Positions 18,221 through 27,566 of a DNA stretch of 64,000 nt are shown here, piece after piece. A program made the position numbers and the translations under genes. Source of the stretch: Oscillospiraceae bacterium (GTDB lineage Bacteria > Bacillota > Clostridia > Oscillospirales > Oscillospiraceae). The first letter of the stretch is position 1, and every line of letters starts with the position of its first letter. The notes beneath the pieces are model-generated. The model was given only the letters and a program-made list of their open reading frames with translations. It was not told where the DNA came from and did not search any database. The stretch lies in the NCBI GenBank assembly GCA_017455685.1, contig JAFSZH010000041.1, forward strand, positions 98,545 to 162,544, in the 5' to 3' direction.

Positions 18221-19051
18221 TTGTCATTTTTGAGCGCGATATTCCTGGGGATCATCCAGGGCGTCACGGAGTTTCTGCCCATTTCCAGCTCCGGCCATCT
18301 GGCCGTGCTGCAGAATATATTTCACATGCAGACGGCGGAGGGACACGTGTTTTTCGACGTGCTGCTGCACCTGGGCACCACGGTGGCCATCATCGCGGCC
18401 TATTGGAAGGATATCGTTTACGTCATCCGGGACAGCGTCGGCCTCATCCGGGAGACGCGGCTGCCCGTCAGCCAGCCCCGGCAGGCCCACCTGGGCGCCC
18501 GGCTGCTGATGATGCTGTTTTTCGGGACGCTCCCGCTGTTCCTGATCCTGCCGGTCCACGACATGGTGGAGGAGCTTTACTACAACACCGGCTTTATCGG
18601 TGCGGCGTTTCTCATTACCGGCTGCATTCTTTTCATTTCCGACAGGATGCCCAGGGGCCGGAAGAACGAGCGCACGATGCGGATTCTGGACGCGCTGATC
18701 ATCGGCGCGGCGCAGGCGATCGCCACCATTCCCGGCATTTCCCGTTCCGGAAGCACCATCACCGCCGGTCTGGCTACGGGCCACACCCGGGGATATTCCA
18801 TGAAGTATTCTCTGCTGCTGAGCGTGCCCGCCGTACTGGGCGCCAATCTGCTCAGCTTTATCAAGGCGCTGAAGGGCGGCGTAGACTGGTCTTACCTGCC
18901 CGAATACCTGGTGGGCATGTTGTTCGCCATGGTAGTGGGGTATTTCTCCATCGTCCTGCTGCAGAGGATCCTGAAAAACGGCAAATTCGGCAAGTTCGCC
19001 TATTACCTGTGGGGCGTGGGCATTTTCACGCTGATCGCGTCCCTGTTCTGA
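18221..19051 (+). CDS. uppP: undecaprenyl-diphosphate phosphatase (BacA type)
   Basis: Motifs GVTEFLPISSSGH and PGISRSGSTI. TTG start at 18221 follows AAGGGAGAGGA. Confidence 0.9.
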   Translation: MSFLSAIFLGIIQGVTEFLPISSSGHLAVLQNIFHMQTAEGHVFFDVLLHLGTTVAIIAAYWKDIVYVIRDSVGLIRETRLPVSQPRQAHLGARLLMMLFFGTLPLFLILPVHDMVEELYYNTGFIGAAFLITGCILFISDRMPRGRKNERTMRILDALIIGAAQAIATIPGISRSGSTITAGLATGHTRGYSMKYSLLLSVPAVLGANLLSFIKALKGGVDWSYLPEYLVGMLFAMVVGYFSIVLLQRILKNGKFGKFAYYLWGVGIFTLIASLF

Positions 19052-19061
19052 GGAGTCAAGC

Positions 19062-21719
19062 ATGGCACAAAAGAAGTCTTCCGCGAAGACAAACAGCAGA
19101 AATAAAACGGCGGCAAAGCCGAAAAACACCCGCACCGCCCAGAATACGGCCAAAAAGCCTATTCGCCGGGAGGTGGGGGCGGTCGTTTGTTTCCTGCTGG
19201 GCTGCTTCACTCTGCTGGGATATTTCATCACCGGCCCGTGGCTGATCGACGGGCTGTGTCTGTATGTTTTCAAGGGCCTGTTCGGCTGGGGCTTTTACGT
19301 GGTCCCGCCGGCGTTCTTCATCGCGGCGTGGATCCTGGCCTTTCACAAGGGTCGCCCGGTCGTCTGGCGAGTGCTTGCCGCGTTCTTTATCCCGGTGCTC
19401 TTCGGCTCCATCGTTCATCTTTTCGCCTATTCCGACCGCTACTATTACGATCTGAACGGCGTCAAGTCCATGTATCTCGGCGGCATCAACCTGGAGACCG
19501 GCGGCATTTTTTCCAGCGCGCTGGCCGATCTGCTGCGCAGCGCACTGAGCGTTTACGGCGCGCTGCCCCTGCTGCTTGTGTTGATGGCCGTCATGATCTG
19601 CATCTCCTGCCGTGTGTCCGTGAAGAAGACCGTGGAGGAGCTGCGCAGCCACGTTTACCCGCCATATGAGCCTGAACCGGAGCCGGAGATCGCTCCGCAG
19701 CCCATTCGCACCGTTGCGGCGCCCCGCCGCGTTCCCGCGTCCGTACCGCGCAGCGAGATCTTTGACATTCCCATGGATAAGGAGCCGGAACGCATCGGCA
19801 ATCGGGATAAGACCTACCGCACCCGGTCCAGAAAGGAAAACTGGATCGACGTGCCCATAGACGGTGACCCTGAAAACGATGAGCTGAGCGCGCTGGAACG
19901 CAAGATCCTCGATATGCCCCAGGGCGTGATCTATCACGGAGAAAAGCCCGCGGCCCCGACCCGTTCCCGGCGGGAGAAGCCGGAGCCCGTGCCGGTGGAG
20001 ATCCCCGCGGCGGAGGCTGTGGACTTCACCGCCGAGAGACCCGCGCAGAGCGTGTTTCTCAAGCAGGGCCTTTCGGAGATCCAGTCCGAACCGCCCAAGG
20101 AGGGAAAGGCCAGTCCCGGCGAGATCCAGTCCGCCGTGGAGGAGATCTCCCAGGCGATCCAGGAGGCGGAAGAGACCCGCGAATACCTTTATCCTCCCAT
20201 CGACCTGCTGCGTTCCAGCCCCGGCATCACTTCCGACGGACGGGACGAGGTGTCGCTGAACAGGGAACGGCTGGAGGCCACGCTCCGCAGCTTCGGCATC
20301 GGCGCTTCCATTTCGGAGATCACCCGGGGTCCCACGGTCACCCGGTACGATCTGGAACTGGAGGCGGGCGTCAAGCTCAATAAGCTTACCAATCTGGCCG
20401 GCGACCTGGCACTGTCTCTGGGCGTGGTCAACGTACGTATCGCCCCCATTCCCGACAAGATCTCCACCGTGGGCGTGGAAGTGCCCAACAAGATCGTCAG
20501 CACCGTGTATCTCCGGGACATTATCGATTCCGCCGCTTTCCGGAATGCCAAGTCCAAGCTGAGTTTCGCCGTGGGCAAGGATATTGCGGGCAACTGCATC
20601 GTGGGCAACATCTCAAAAATGCCCCACATGCTCATCGCAGGCACCACCGGCAGCGGCAAATCCGTGTGCATGAACAGCCTGATACTGAGCCTGCTCTACA
20701 AGGCCACGCCCGAGGAAGTCCGGCTCATCATGATCGACCCCAAAATGGTGGAGCTGGGCATTTACAACGGCATACCTCATCTTTACATTCCCGTAGTAAC
20801 CGATCCCAAGAAAGCCGCCGGGTCTCTGCAGTGGGCCGTGGTGGAAATGATGAAGCGCTACCGCCTCTTCTCCGAGGTGGGCGTCCGGGATCTGGTGGGA
20901 TACAACAACTACATGTCCAGGTCCCAGCAGCCCACGATGCCAAATGTCGTCATCGTCATCGACGAGCTGGCCGATCTGATGCTGACCGCAGCCAAAGAGG
21001 TGGAGGAGAGCATCTGCCGTGTGGCGCAGATGGGACGGGCCGCCGGTATTCATCTGGTCATCGCCACCCAGCGTCCGTCAGCGGACGTGATCACGGGTCT
21101 GATGAAGGCCAACATCCCCAGCCGGATCGCTTTCGCCGTATCCAGCGCGCTGGAATCCCGGATCATCCTGGATCAGCAGGGCGCGGAAAAGCTCATCGGC
21201 ATGGGCGACATGCTTTACTTCCCCCTGGGAAGCGGCAAGCCTCTGCGCGTCCAGGGCGCCTTCGTCAGCGACGAGGAGCGGGAGAACGTCATCAAATTCA
21301 TCAAAGAGCGCTCCAAAGCTGATTACGACGAAACAATCATGCAGACTATCGAGCAAGCCGCGAAAGACAAGGAGAAGGCAGAGACCGGCTCTGACAGCGA
21401 CGCCTCCGGCAGCGCAGAGGGCGGCTCGCCCTTCGCCGGGTACGACGAGCTGCTGCCCCAGGCGGTGGAAGTGCTGCTGGACACCAAGCAGGCCTCCGTT
21501 TCCATGCTGCAGCGCAGGCTGAAGCTTGGGTATTCCCGCGCCGCGCGGCTGGTGGATCAGATGGAGGAGCTGGGCATCGTGGGACCCTTCGAGGGGTCCA
21601 AGCCCCGGCAGCTTCTGATCACCCGGGAACAGTGGCAGGAAATGAGCATGACCGGCAATACCGCCGTGGAGAAGCTCATCAACGAATCCAAAGACGACTT
21701 TTCTGAGGAACTGAGTTAA
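19062..21719 (+). CDS. ftsK: DNA translocase FtsK/SpoIIIE
   Basis: 885 aa with N-terminal TMs, a Pro/Glu-rich linker, Walker A GTTGSGKS, and a C-terminal gamma wHTH domain (SVSMLQRRLKLGYSRAARLVD). Confidence 0.93.
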   Translation: MAQKKSSAKTNSRNKTAAKPKNTRTAQNTAKKPIRREVGAVVCFLLGCFTLLGYFITGPWLIDGLCLYVFKGLFGWGFYVVPPAFFIAAWILAFHKGRPVVWRVLAAFFIPVLFGSIVHLFAYSDRYYYDLNGVKSMYLGGINLETGGIFSSALADLLRSALSVYGALPLLLVLMAVMICISCRVSVKKTVEELRSHVYPPYEPEPEPEIAPQPIRTVAAPRRVPASVPRSEIFDIPMDKEPERIGNRDKTYRTRSRKENWIDVPIDGDPENDELSALERKILDMPQGVIYHGEKPAAPTRSRREKPEPVPVEIPAAEAVDFTAERPAQSVFLKQGLSEIQSEPPKEGKASPGEIQSAVEEISQAIQEAEETREYLYPPIDLLRSSPGITSDGRDEVSLNRERLEATLRSFGIGASISEITRGPTVTRYDLELEAGVKLNKLTNLAGDLALSLGVVNVRIAPIPDKISTVGVEVPNKIVSTVYLRDIIDSAAFRNAKSKLSFAVGKDIAGNCIVGNISKMPHMLIAGTTGSGKSVCMNSLILSLLYKATPEEVRLIMIDPKMVELGIYNGIPHLYIPVVTDPKKAAGSLQWAVVEMMKRYRLFSEVGVRDLVGYNNYMSRSQQPTMPNVVIVIDELADLMLTAAKEVEESICRVAQMGRAAGIHLVIATQRPSADVITGLMKANIPSRIAFAVSSALESRIILDQQGAEKLIGMGDMLYFPLGSGKPLRVQGAFVSDEERENVIKFIKERSKADYDETIMQTIEQAAKDKEKAETGSDSDASGSAEGGSPFAGYDELLPQAVEVLLDTKQASVSMLQRRLKLGYSRAARLVDQMEELGIVGPFEGSKPRQLLITREQWQEMSMTGNTAVEKLINESKDDFSEELS

Positions 21720-22145
21720 ATGATCGTATCGGAAGACCAGCTCTTCTCCATGAGCGCCCTGGCCCTGGCCCATATGGGCGACGCGGTGTACGATCTGCTG
21801 GTGCGGCGGGAGCTTTGCCGGGCCGGGCGCTACACCGCCGGCGATCTCCACCGGGAGACGATCCGCTACGTTTCCGCCGCCGCCCAGGCCCGGGCCGCCG
21901 CCCGGATCCAGCCTGTTCTGACCGAAGAGGAAGCGGCTGTTTACCGTCGGGGGCGGAACTCCCACAGCCATGCGGCTCCCAAGTCCGTGTCGGCGGGGGA
22001 GTATCACGCCGCCAGCGGACTGGAAGCTCTTTTCGGATGGCTCTATCTCCGGGAGGACAAAAACCGCATCGAAGAACTCTTTTCCCTGATCATGGAGGAA
22101 GACCATGCCGCTGGACGCGATGGTGCTGACGGCTCTGCGCCGTGA
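21720..22145 (+). CDS. mrnC: mini-ribonuclease III
   Basis: 141 aa with LALAHMGDAVYDL and RGRNS motifs. Confidence 0.85.
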   Translation: MIVSEDQLFSMSALALAHMGDAVYDLLVRRELCRAGRYTAGDLHRETIRYVSAAAQARAAARIQPVLTEEEAAVYRRGRNSHSHAAPKSVSAGEYHAASGLEALFGWLYLREDKNRIEELFSLIMEEDHAAGRDGADGSAP

Positions 22146-23832
22146 AATGGAAAAACCGCTCCTGGGAGCGAAGATCGACAGGATCAGCATGCCGGAAAAG
22201 GACATGCTGGTCCTGTCTGTCCATTCCCGGGAGGAAGGGAACCACAGGCTGCTGATCTCCCTGCGTCCCGGCAGTGCAAGGATCCATTTTACTTCCCGTA
22301 CCTTCTACAACCCGCCTCAGCCGCCCATGTTCTGCATGCTGCTGCGCAAGCATCTGTCCTCCGCCCGTTTCACCGCGCTGGAACAGCCCGTGGGTGAGAG
22401 AGTGCTGCTGCTGCGTTTCGATACCACCGACGAAATGAGCTTTCACGCGGAAAAGACCCTGGCGCTGGAGCTGATGGGAAAGGGGATCAATCTCTCGCTG
22501 ATCGGGGAGGACGGCAGGATCATCGACTGCTTCCGCCGGGTAGATTATTCGGAAACGGCCCGCCGTGCCGTGCTGCCGGGGCTATATTACGAGCTGCCCC
22601 CGGCGCAGGAGAAGCCGTCGGTTTACCGGTTGGACCGGGAAGAGCTGTCCGGGCTGATCCGGGGGGCGAACCGCTCCGCCGAGCCGGATCGCTGGCTGCT
22701 GAACAGCTTCTCGGGCCTTTCGCCGCTGCTGTGCCGGGAGCTGGCCGTCTCCGGCTGGGAGGGACTGGAAGAATCGGTCCTTTCCCTGCGCGGCATGGCG
22801 GAGAATGGCGGCTTCAACCCCTGTATGCTGCTGGAAAACGGCCAGCCCAGGGATTTCAGCTTTCTCCCCATACGGCAGTACGGTGAGGCGATGGAACAGC
22901 GGATATATCCGGACTTCTGCACACTGCTGGATGATTTCTATTCTCTGCGGGATAAGTCCGAGAACATGCGACGCCGCTCCGGGGACCTGACACGCACGGC
23001 GAAAAGCGCGCTCACCCGTCTGCGGCGCAAGCTGGCCGCCCGAGAGCAGGAGCTGCTGGCTACGGAAAACCGGGAGGAGTACCGCCGCCGGGGCGATCTG
23101 ATCACAGCCAATATCTACCGGCTGCAGAGGGGTATGAAGTCCTTTGAAGCTCAGGATTACTATCAGGAGGACTGTCCCACCGTGACCGTGCCTCTGGATG
23201 CGCAGAAAACGCCTCAGCAGAACGCGGCCGTGAACTATAAGCTCTACAACAAAGCCAAGACCGCCAATCGGATGCTCACCGGGCTGATCGCCTCCGCGCG
23301 GGAAGAGGAGCAGTATCTGGAAAGCGTCATGGAAGAGCTCGCCCGGGCGGAGAGCGACAGGGACCTTGCGGAGATCCGCGCCGAGCTGCTGGAAGGGGGC
23401 TATATCCGCCCGACCGGGCCGAAGAAAATGAAGCGTCCCGCCCCGCGTAAGCCCATGCGTTTCCGCTCGGACAGCGGACGGCTGATCCTGGCAGGCCGGG
23501 GAAATCTGCAGAACGATGAGCTGACCCTGCACACGGCGCGGCGCACGGATCTGTGGTTTCACGTTCAGAAGCTGCCCGGCAGCCACGTGATCCTCTCTCA
23601 GGCCGAAGGGGAGGCGGACGAGCTGTCTATCCGGCAGGCGGCCGCGCTGGCGGCCACCTTTTCCCAGGCAGCCGCAGGAGGGAAGACCGCCGTTGACTAT
23701 ACTATGGTGCGCAACGTAAAAAAGCCCTCCGGCGCCCGGCCCGGCCGGGTGATCTATACCGACTATAAAACGGTCATCGCCCAGAGCGATCACGCTCTGG
23801 CGGAGCGGCTGCGGATCGACAAAGATAAATAA
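22105..23832 (+). CDS. rqcH: NFACT-family ribosome quality control protein RqcH (FbpA-like)
   Basis: 575 aa. The N-terminus MPLDAMVLTAL..L.GAKIDRISMP matches the family start. C-terminal NFACT-R motif WFHVQKLPGSHVI. GGAGGA RBS. Confidence 0.88.
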   Translation: MPLDAMVLTALRREMEKPLLGAKIDRISMPEKDMLVLSVHSREEGNHRLLISLRPGSARIHFTSRTFYNPPQPPMFCMLLRKHLSSARFTALEQPVGERVLLLRFDTTDEMSFHAEKTLALELMGKGINLSLIGEDGRIIDCFRRVDYSETARRAVLPGLYYELPPAQEKPSVYRLDREELSGLIRGANRSAEPDRWLLNSFSGLSPLLCRELAVSGWEGLEESVLSLRGMAENGGFNPCMLLENGQPRDFSFLPIRQYGEAMEQRIYPDFCTLLDDFYSLRDKSENMRRRSGDLTRTAKSALTRLRRKLAAREQELLATENREEYRRRGDLITANIYRLQRGMKSFEAQDYYQEDCPTVTVPLDAQKTPQQNAAVNYKLYNKAKTANRMLTGLIASAREEEQYLESVMEELARAESDRDLAEIRAELLEGGYIRPTGPKKMKRPAPRKPMRFRSDSGRLILAGRGNLQNDELTLHTARRTDLWFHVQKLPGSHVILSQAEGEADELSIRQAAALAATFSQAAAGGKTAVDYTMVRNVKKPSGARPGRVIYTDYKTVIAQSDHALAERLRIDKDK

Positions 23833-23866
23833 AAAGCACAGAGGTTTTTGCCTCTGTGCTTTTTTC
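23831..23866 (+). terminator. intrinsic terminator
   Basis: AAAAAGCACAGAGG-tttttg-CCTCTGTGCTTTTTT. Confidence 0.85.
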
Positions 23867-24063
23867 GCGAATGATGCTAAATATGACCGGAACACGGATA
23901 AAAAATACGAAGCCCCAGAGCACGTTGCCGCCGGCGACTTGCCATAGGATCTTGCTGCTGGTTCTTTGTACAATGAAAGTATACACCCTTCTTCCGAAAA
24001 AGCAATACCCAAAATGCTCCTCGGGCACTAGCGGGAGGGATCAACGCCAGGACAGCCGACAGC

Positions 24064-24141
24064 ACGACGCTGCAGCAGGCTGAGCGGATGGAGCGGGACG
24101 GCGCCGGCAATGAGGAGATCCGCTAGGAAACCGACTGGTAA
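24064..24141 (+). pseudogene. stop-interrupted ORF fragment, possibly from a phage/ICE gene
   Basis: The frame reads TTLQQAERMERDGAGNEEIR*ETDW*, with no start codon, an in-frame TAG, and lower-GC surroundings. The resemblance to N-terminal motifs of large ICE/phage proteins is from memory only. Confidence 0.3.
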
Positions 24142-24188
24142 AAAAAGAAACGGCAGCAAATGCAACCGGAGAGGTTCACGACTCTGCC

Positions 24189-24238
24189 GATGCTACTGCC
24201 GTTACGCCTACACGCACTCGTCGTAACGGAGATGCTAC
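24189..24238. repeat. direct repeat / inverted repeat / direct repeat structure
   Basis: GATGCTAC (24189-96), CCGTTACG (24199-206), N15, CGTAACGG (24222-29), GATGCTAC (24231-38). Confidence 0.6.
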
Positions 24239-24428
24239 CATTTCTATAGATAGTATATCCGATTTCTCAGAAAAAAACAATCCACAAAATGAAGGCCGGG
24301 CTAGCGCAGAAGTGCCGGACCCGGGGCTTGCGGAACAGCTGTTCGGGCTGTTGGATCCTCAGGAAGAAGCCAGGATATCCGTGATTATTTTTCACTTATA
24401 TGATTACCGAAGAATCATAAACAAGTGC

Positions 24429-24457
24429 TTGCATTTTTCTTTGTTACATGGTAATAT
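24429..24457 (+). promoter_or_regulatory. rplS promoter
   Basis: TTGCAT (24429-34), 17 nt, TAATAT (24452-57). Confidence 0.6.
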
Positions 24458-24463
24458 CTCTTG

Positions 24464-24550
24464 GCCTGTGTATGACACAGTAACTACGGACGGTCCGCTG
24501 CCGCAGCGCTTACGCGGTAAGAACGTCTCAGAATAAAGGAAGGATTCATC
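24464..24550 (+). promoter_or_regulatory. structured 5' leader of rplS (possible L19 autoregulatory leader)
   Basis: About 87 nt between the predicted TSS and the ATG, with hairpins CTGTG-tatga-CACAG and a GC-rich CCGC/GCGG region. Firmicute rplS genes are known to carry an L19 leader. Confidence 0.3.
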
Positions 24551-24895
24551 ATGGATCTCATTCAGACTCTCACCTCGAACTACATGAAGCCTGAACTGCC
24601 TGAGATGAACGTGGGCGACACGGTCCGCGTCACCATCCGGGTCAAGGAAGGCGCCCGGGAGCGTAACCAGGCGTTCGAGGGCACCATCATCGCCAGAAAG
24701 CATGGCGGCATCAACGAGACCATCACCGTACGCCGCATCTCCTACGGCGTGGGCTGCGAGAAGGTTTTCCCCGTGCATTCTCCCAGCATCGTCTCCGTGG
24801 AGACCATCCGGCGCGGCAAGGTGCGTCGGGCGAAGCTGTACTACCTGCGCGACCGCGTGGGCAAGGCGGCCAAAGTCAAGGCCAAGATCAACTGA
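24551..24895 (+). CDS. rplS: 50S ribosomal protein L19
   Basis: 114 aa with GDTVRV..R..EG.RER.Q.FEG..IARK and ISYGVG.E. AAGGAAGGA RBS. Confidence 0.95.
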   Translation: MDLIQTLTSNYMKPELPEMNVGDTVRVTIRVKEGARERNQAFEGTIIARKHGGINETITVRRISYGVGCEKVFPVHSPSIVSVETIRRGKVRRAKLYYLRDRVGKAAKVKAKIN

Positions 24896-24907
24896 GCCTG
24901 GACACCA

Positions 24908-24945
24908 TAAAAAGGGACGCTTCCTTTCCGGAGCGTCCCTTTTTA
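24908..24945 (+). terminator. intrinsic terminator
   Basis: AAAAAGGGACGCT-tcctttccgg-AGCGTCCCTTTTT. Confidence 0.85.
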
Positions 24946-25037
24946 TACCCATTCGCGATTTTTATTGCACTGTACGCGGGAGTTGGTGTATAATACTATG
25001 AAATCCTGTGGACATCTTTTCTTACGGAAGTGACGAT

Positions 25038-25634
25038 ATGAACGAAACCTGGCCTGAGATCAAAAAACGCAAGCTGAAGGAGCGGCGGGGCGAGACCTTC
25101 GACTGGATCCAGTCGCTTGTTGTAGCGCTGCTGATCTGCGTGCTTACCTTTACCTTTTTCGTGCGCGTGATCAACGTATCGGGGACCTCCATGCTGGATA
25201 CGCTGCATAATGAAGACAGGATACTTGTTTCCAACCTCTTCTATAAGCCGTCGCAGGGGGATATCGTGGTGCTGCGGAAAGAGAGCTTCAGCACCGAGCC
25301 CATTGTCAAGCGGGTGATCGCCGTCGGCGGGCAGACGGTGAATATGGACTTTGAACAGGGGATCGTCTACGTGGACGGCGTGGCGCTGGACGAGCCGTAT
25401 ACCCTCACGCCCACTACCCGACGCATCGACTTTGAGGACGAGGTGCTGGTGCCGGAGGGGTGTCTGTACGTCATGGGCGACAACCGCAACGGCTCCACCG
25501 ACAGCCGTGACGACCGGATCGGCTGCGTCGACGAACGGCTGGTGATCGGGAAAGCTCTGCTTTTGATCTTCCCTGGGACGGACCGCCAGCACGGCGAGTC
25601 CATTGAGTGGAGCAGGATCGGAGTAATTCACTGA
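25038..25634 (+). CDS. lepB: signal peptidase I
   Basis: Motifs SGTSML, KRVIAVGG and GDNRNGSTDSR. ATG 25038 preferred over the GTG 25008 extension. Confidence 0.88.
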   Translation: MNETWPEIKKRKLKERRGETFDWIQSLVVALLICVLTFTFFVRVINVSGTSMLDTLHNEDRILVSNLFYKPSQGDIVVLRKESFSTEPIVKRVIAVGGQTVNMDFEQGIVYVDGVALDEPYTLTPTTRRIDFEDEVLVPEGCLYVMGDNRNGSTDSRDDRIGCVDERLVIGKALLLIFPGTDRQHGESIEWSRIGVIH

Positions 25635-26494
25635 TGGGCGGCGAGACCAATATCAACTGGTATCCGGGGCATATGAAAAAAGCCACCCGGATGATGGAGG
25701 ACAGCCTGTCCCTTGTGGACGCGGTGGTGGAGCTTCGGGACGCCAGGATTCCCAATTCCAGCCGTAATCCGGACGTGGCCTCCATCGCCGGGAGCAAACC
25801 CAGGCTCATCATCCTCAACCGGGCGGACCAGGCAGACCCCCAGGTCACGGCGGCGTGGAGGCGTGCTCTCTTCGGGGAGGGCGTTTCGGCGCTGGAAACC
25901 GACTGCAAAAGCGGACGGGGCGTCAAGAGCTTCGGCGACGCCGCCCGGGAGCTGCTGCGCGATCAGATCGAAAAGAACGAGTCCAAAGGCCTGACGGGAA
26001 AAGCCCTGCGCTTTATGGTGGTGGGCATCCCCAACGTGGGAAAATCCAGCTTTATCAACCGGCTGGCCGGGCGAAAAGCCGCCGAGACCAGCGACCGGCC
26101 CGGCGTGACCCGGGGCAAGCAGTGGATCACGCTTTCCAACGGTATCCAGCTGCTGGACACCCCCGGTATCCTGTGGCCCAAATTTGAATCCGAGCAGGTG
26201 GGCCTGGCGCTTGCCTGGACCGGCGCCATCCGGGACGATATCCTGGACGTGGAGCTGGTGGCCTCCCGGCTGCTAGAGCGGCTGCGGGAGCTCTATCCCA
26301 AAGCCATAGAAGAGCGATACAGGTTTTCTCCCGATCCGGAGGCGCCCGGCTACGAGCTGCTGGAACGTGCGGGACGGAAGCGGGGATTTCTGATCTCCGG
26401 CGGGGAAGTAAATACCGAGCGGATGGCCCGGGTACTGCTGGACGAATTCCGGGAGGGCAAGCTGGGCCGCATGACGCTGGAAAGGCCGGAATGA
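25634..26494 (+). CDS. rbgA: ribosome biogenesis GTPase A (YlqF)
   Basis: Motifs NWYPGHMKKA, circularly permuted GTPase LNRAD, and GIPNVGKSS. TGATG coupling to lepB. Confidence 0.9.
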   Translation: MGGETNINWYPGHMKKATRMMEDSLSLVDAVVELRDARIPNSSRNPDVASIAGSKPRLIILNRADQADPQVTAAWRRALFGEGVSALETDCKSGRGVKSFGDAARELLRDQIEKNESKGLTGKALRFMVVGIPNVGKSSFINRLAGRKAAETSDRPGVTRGKQWITLSNGIQLLDTPGILWPKFESEQVGLALAWTGAIRDDILDVELVASRLLERLRELYPKAIEERYRFSPDPEAPGYELLERAGRKRGFLISGGEVNTERMARVLLDEFREGKLGRMTLERPE

Positions 26495-27097
26495 ATGGAA
26501 GAACTGGATCTTTACGGGTATGAACGGTTCCTTGCGGCGGGAAGGACGCCTTTCTGCGGCGTGGACGAGGCCGGACGCGGCCCGCTGGCCGGGCCGGTAT
26601 GCGCCGCGGCGGTGATCCTGCCGGAAGAGCTGCGCATCGAAGGACTGAACGACTCCAAAAAGCTCACCGAAAAAAAGCGGGAAGCGCTTTTCGATCTGAT
26701 CTGCGACAACGCCGTGTCCTTCGGCATCGCCTTTGCCGGCGTCGAGGAGATCGAATCGCTGAACATCAAGGGCGCCACGTACCTTGCCATGGACCGGGCC
26801 GTCAGCGAGCTTGACCCCGCGCCCGTGCTGGCGCTGGTGGACGGCAACGACAAAAACGTACTGTCCGTCCCGGCCGTTAAGGTGGTCAAGGGGGATTCTC
26901 TGTGCGCGTTCATCGCGGCGGCGTCCATCCTGGCGAAGGTCACCCGGGACCGGTTCATGCTGGAGCTGGACGCGCTCTATCCCCAGTACGGCTTCGCAAA
27001 GCATAAGGGCTACGGCACGAAGGAACACTACGCGGCGCTGCGGGAATACGGGCCGAGCCCGGTACACCGGCCCACGTATCTGAGGAAGATGCATTGA
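26495..27097 (+). CDS. rnhB: ribonuclease HII
   Basis: Motifs [14 protein letters not shown] and DSKKL. Confidence 0.93.
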   Translation: MEELDLYGYERFLAAGRTPFCGVDEAGRGPLAGPVCAAAVILPEELRIEGLNDSKKLTEKKREALFDLICDNAVSFGIAFAGVEEIESLNIKGATYLAMDRAVSELDPAPVLALVDGNDKNVLSVPAVKVVKGDSLCAFIAAASILAKVTRDRFMLELDALYPQYGFAKHKGYGTKEHYAALREYGPSPVHRPTYLRKMH

Positions 27098-27465
27098 GCG
27101 ATACCCGCCTTTTGGGCCGCTTCGGGGAGGCGGCCGCCGCAGAGTATCTGCGCTCCCGGGGTTACGCGGTGCTGGGGCTGAACTATCGGACCCGGCTGGG
27201 AGAGATCGATGTGATCGCCTCCCGGGGGAGATACGTGGTTTTTGCAGAGGTGAAGCTCCGCAAGGACGACCGCTTTGCCCAGGCAAAGGAATTCGTCACT
27301 CCGGCCAAGCAGCGGCGGGTGATCGCCGCGGCGGAGGAATGGCTGCAGGGGCGCGGCTGTACGCTCCAGCCCCGGTTCGACGTGATCGAGGTCTACGCCC
27401 CCCGTGGCACCGACACCGAAAAGCCGGAGATCCGTCACTGGGAAAACGCCTTTACTGCGGACTGA
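27094..27465 (+). CDS. YraN family (UPF0102) endonuclease-like protein
   Basis: 123 aa with GE..A..YL...GY.....YR...GEIDVIA pattern. ATGA-type overlap. Confidence 0.85.
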   Translation: MSDTRLLGRFGEAAAAEYLRSRGYAVLGLNYRTRLGEIDVIASRGRYVVFAEVKLRKDDRFAQAKEFVTPAKQRRVIAAAEEWLQGRGCTLQPRFDVIEVYAPRGTDTEKPEIRHWENAFTAD

Positions 27466-27566
27466 TCTCACGATCTGACAGGATTCGCCCCTTTCCCCGG
27501 GGTATGATGTTTCGGGCCGCACCGCGATAAGCGCGGAACGGATCTATACGGGAAACGGAGGGGAGC

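Noticed and set aside
24312-24536. 74-aa + strand ORF just upstream of rplS
   Set aside because: It has a GTG start without an RBS and overlaps the rplS promoter and leader. The sequence is low-complexity with no motifs.
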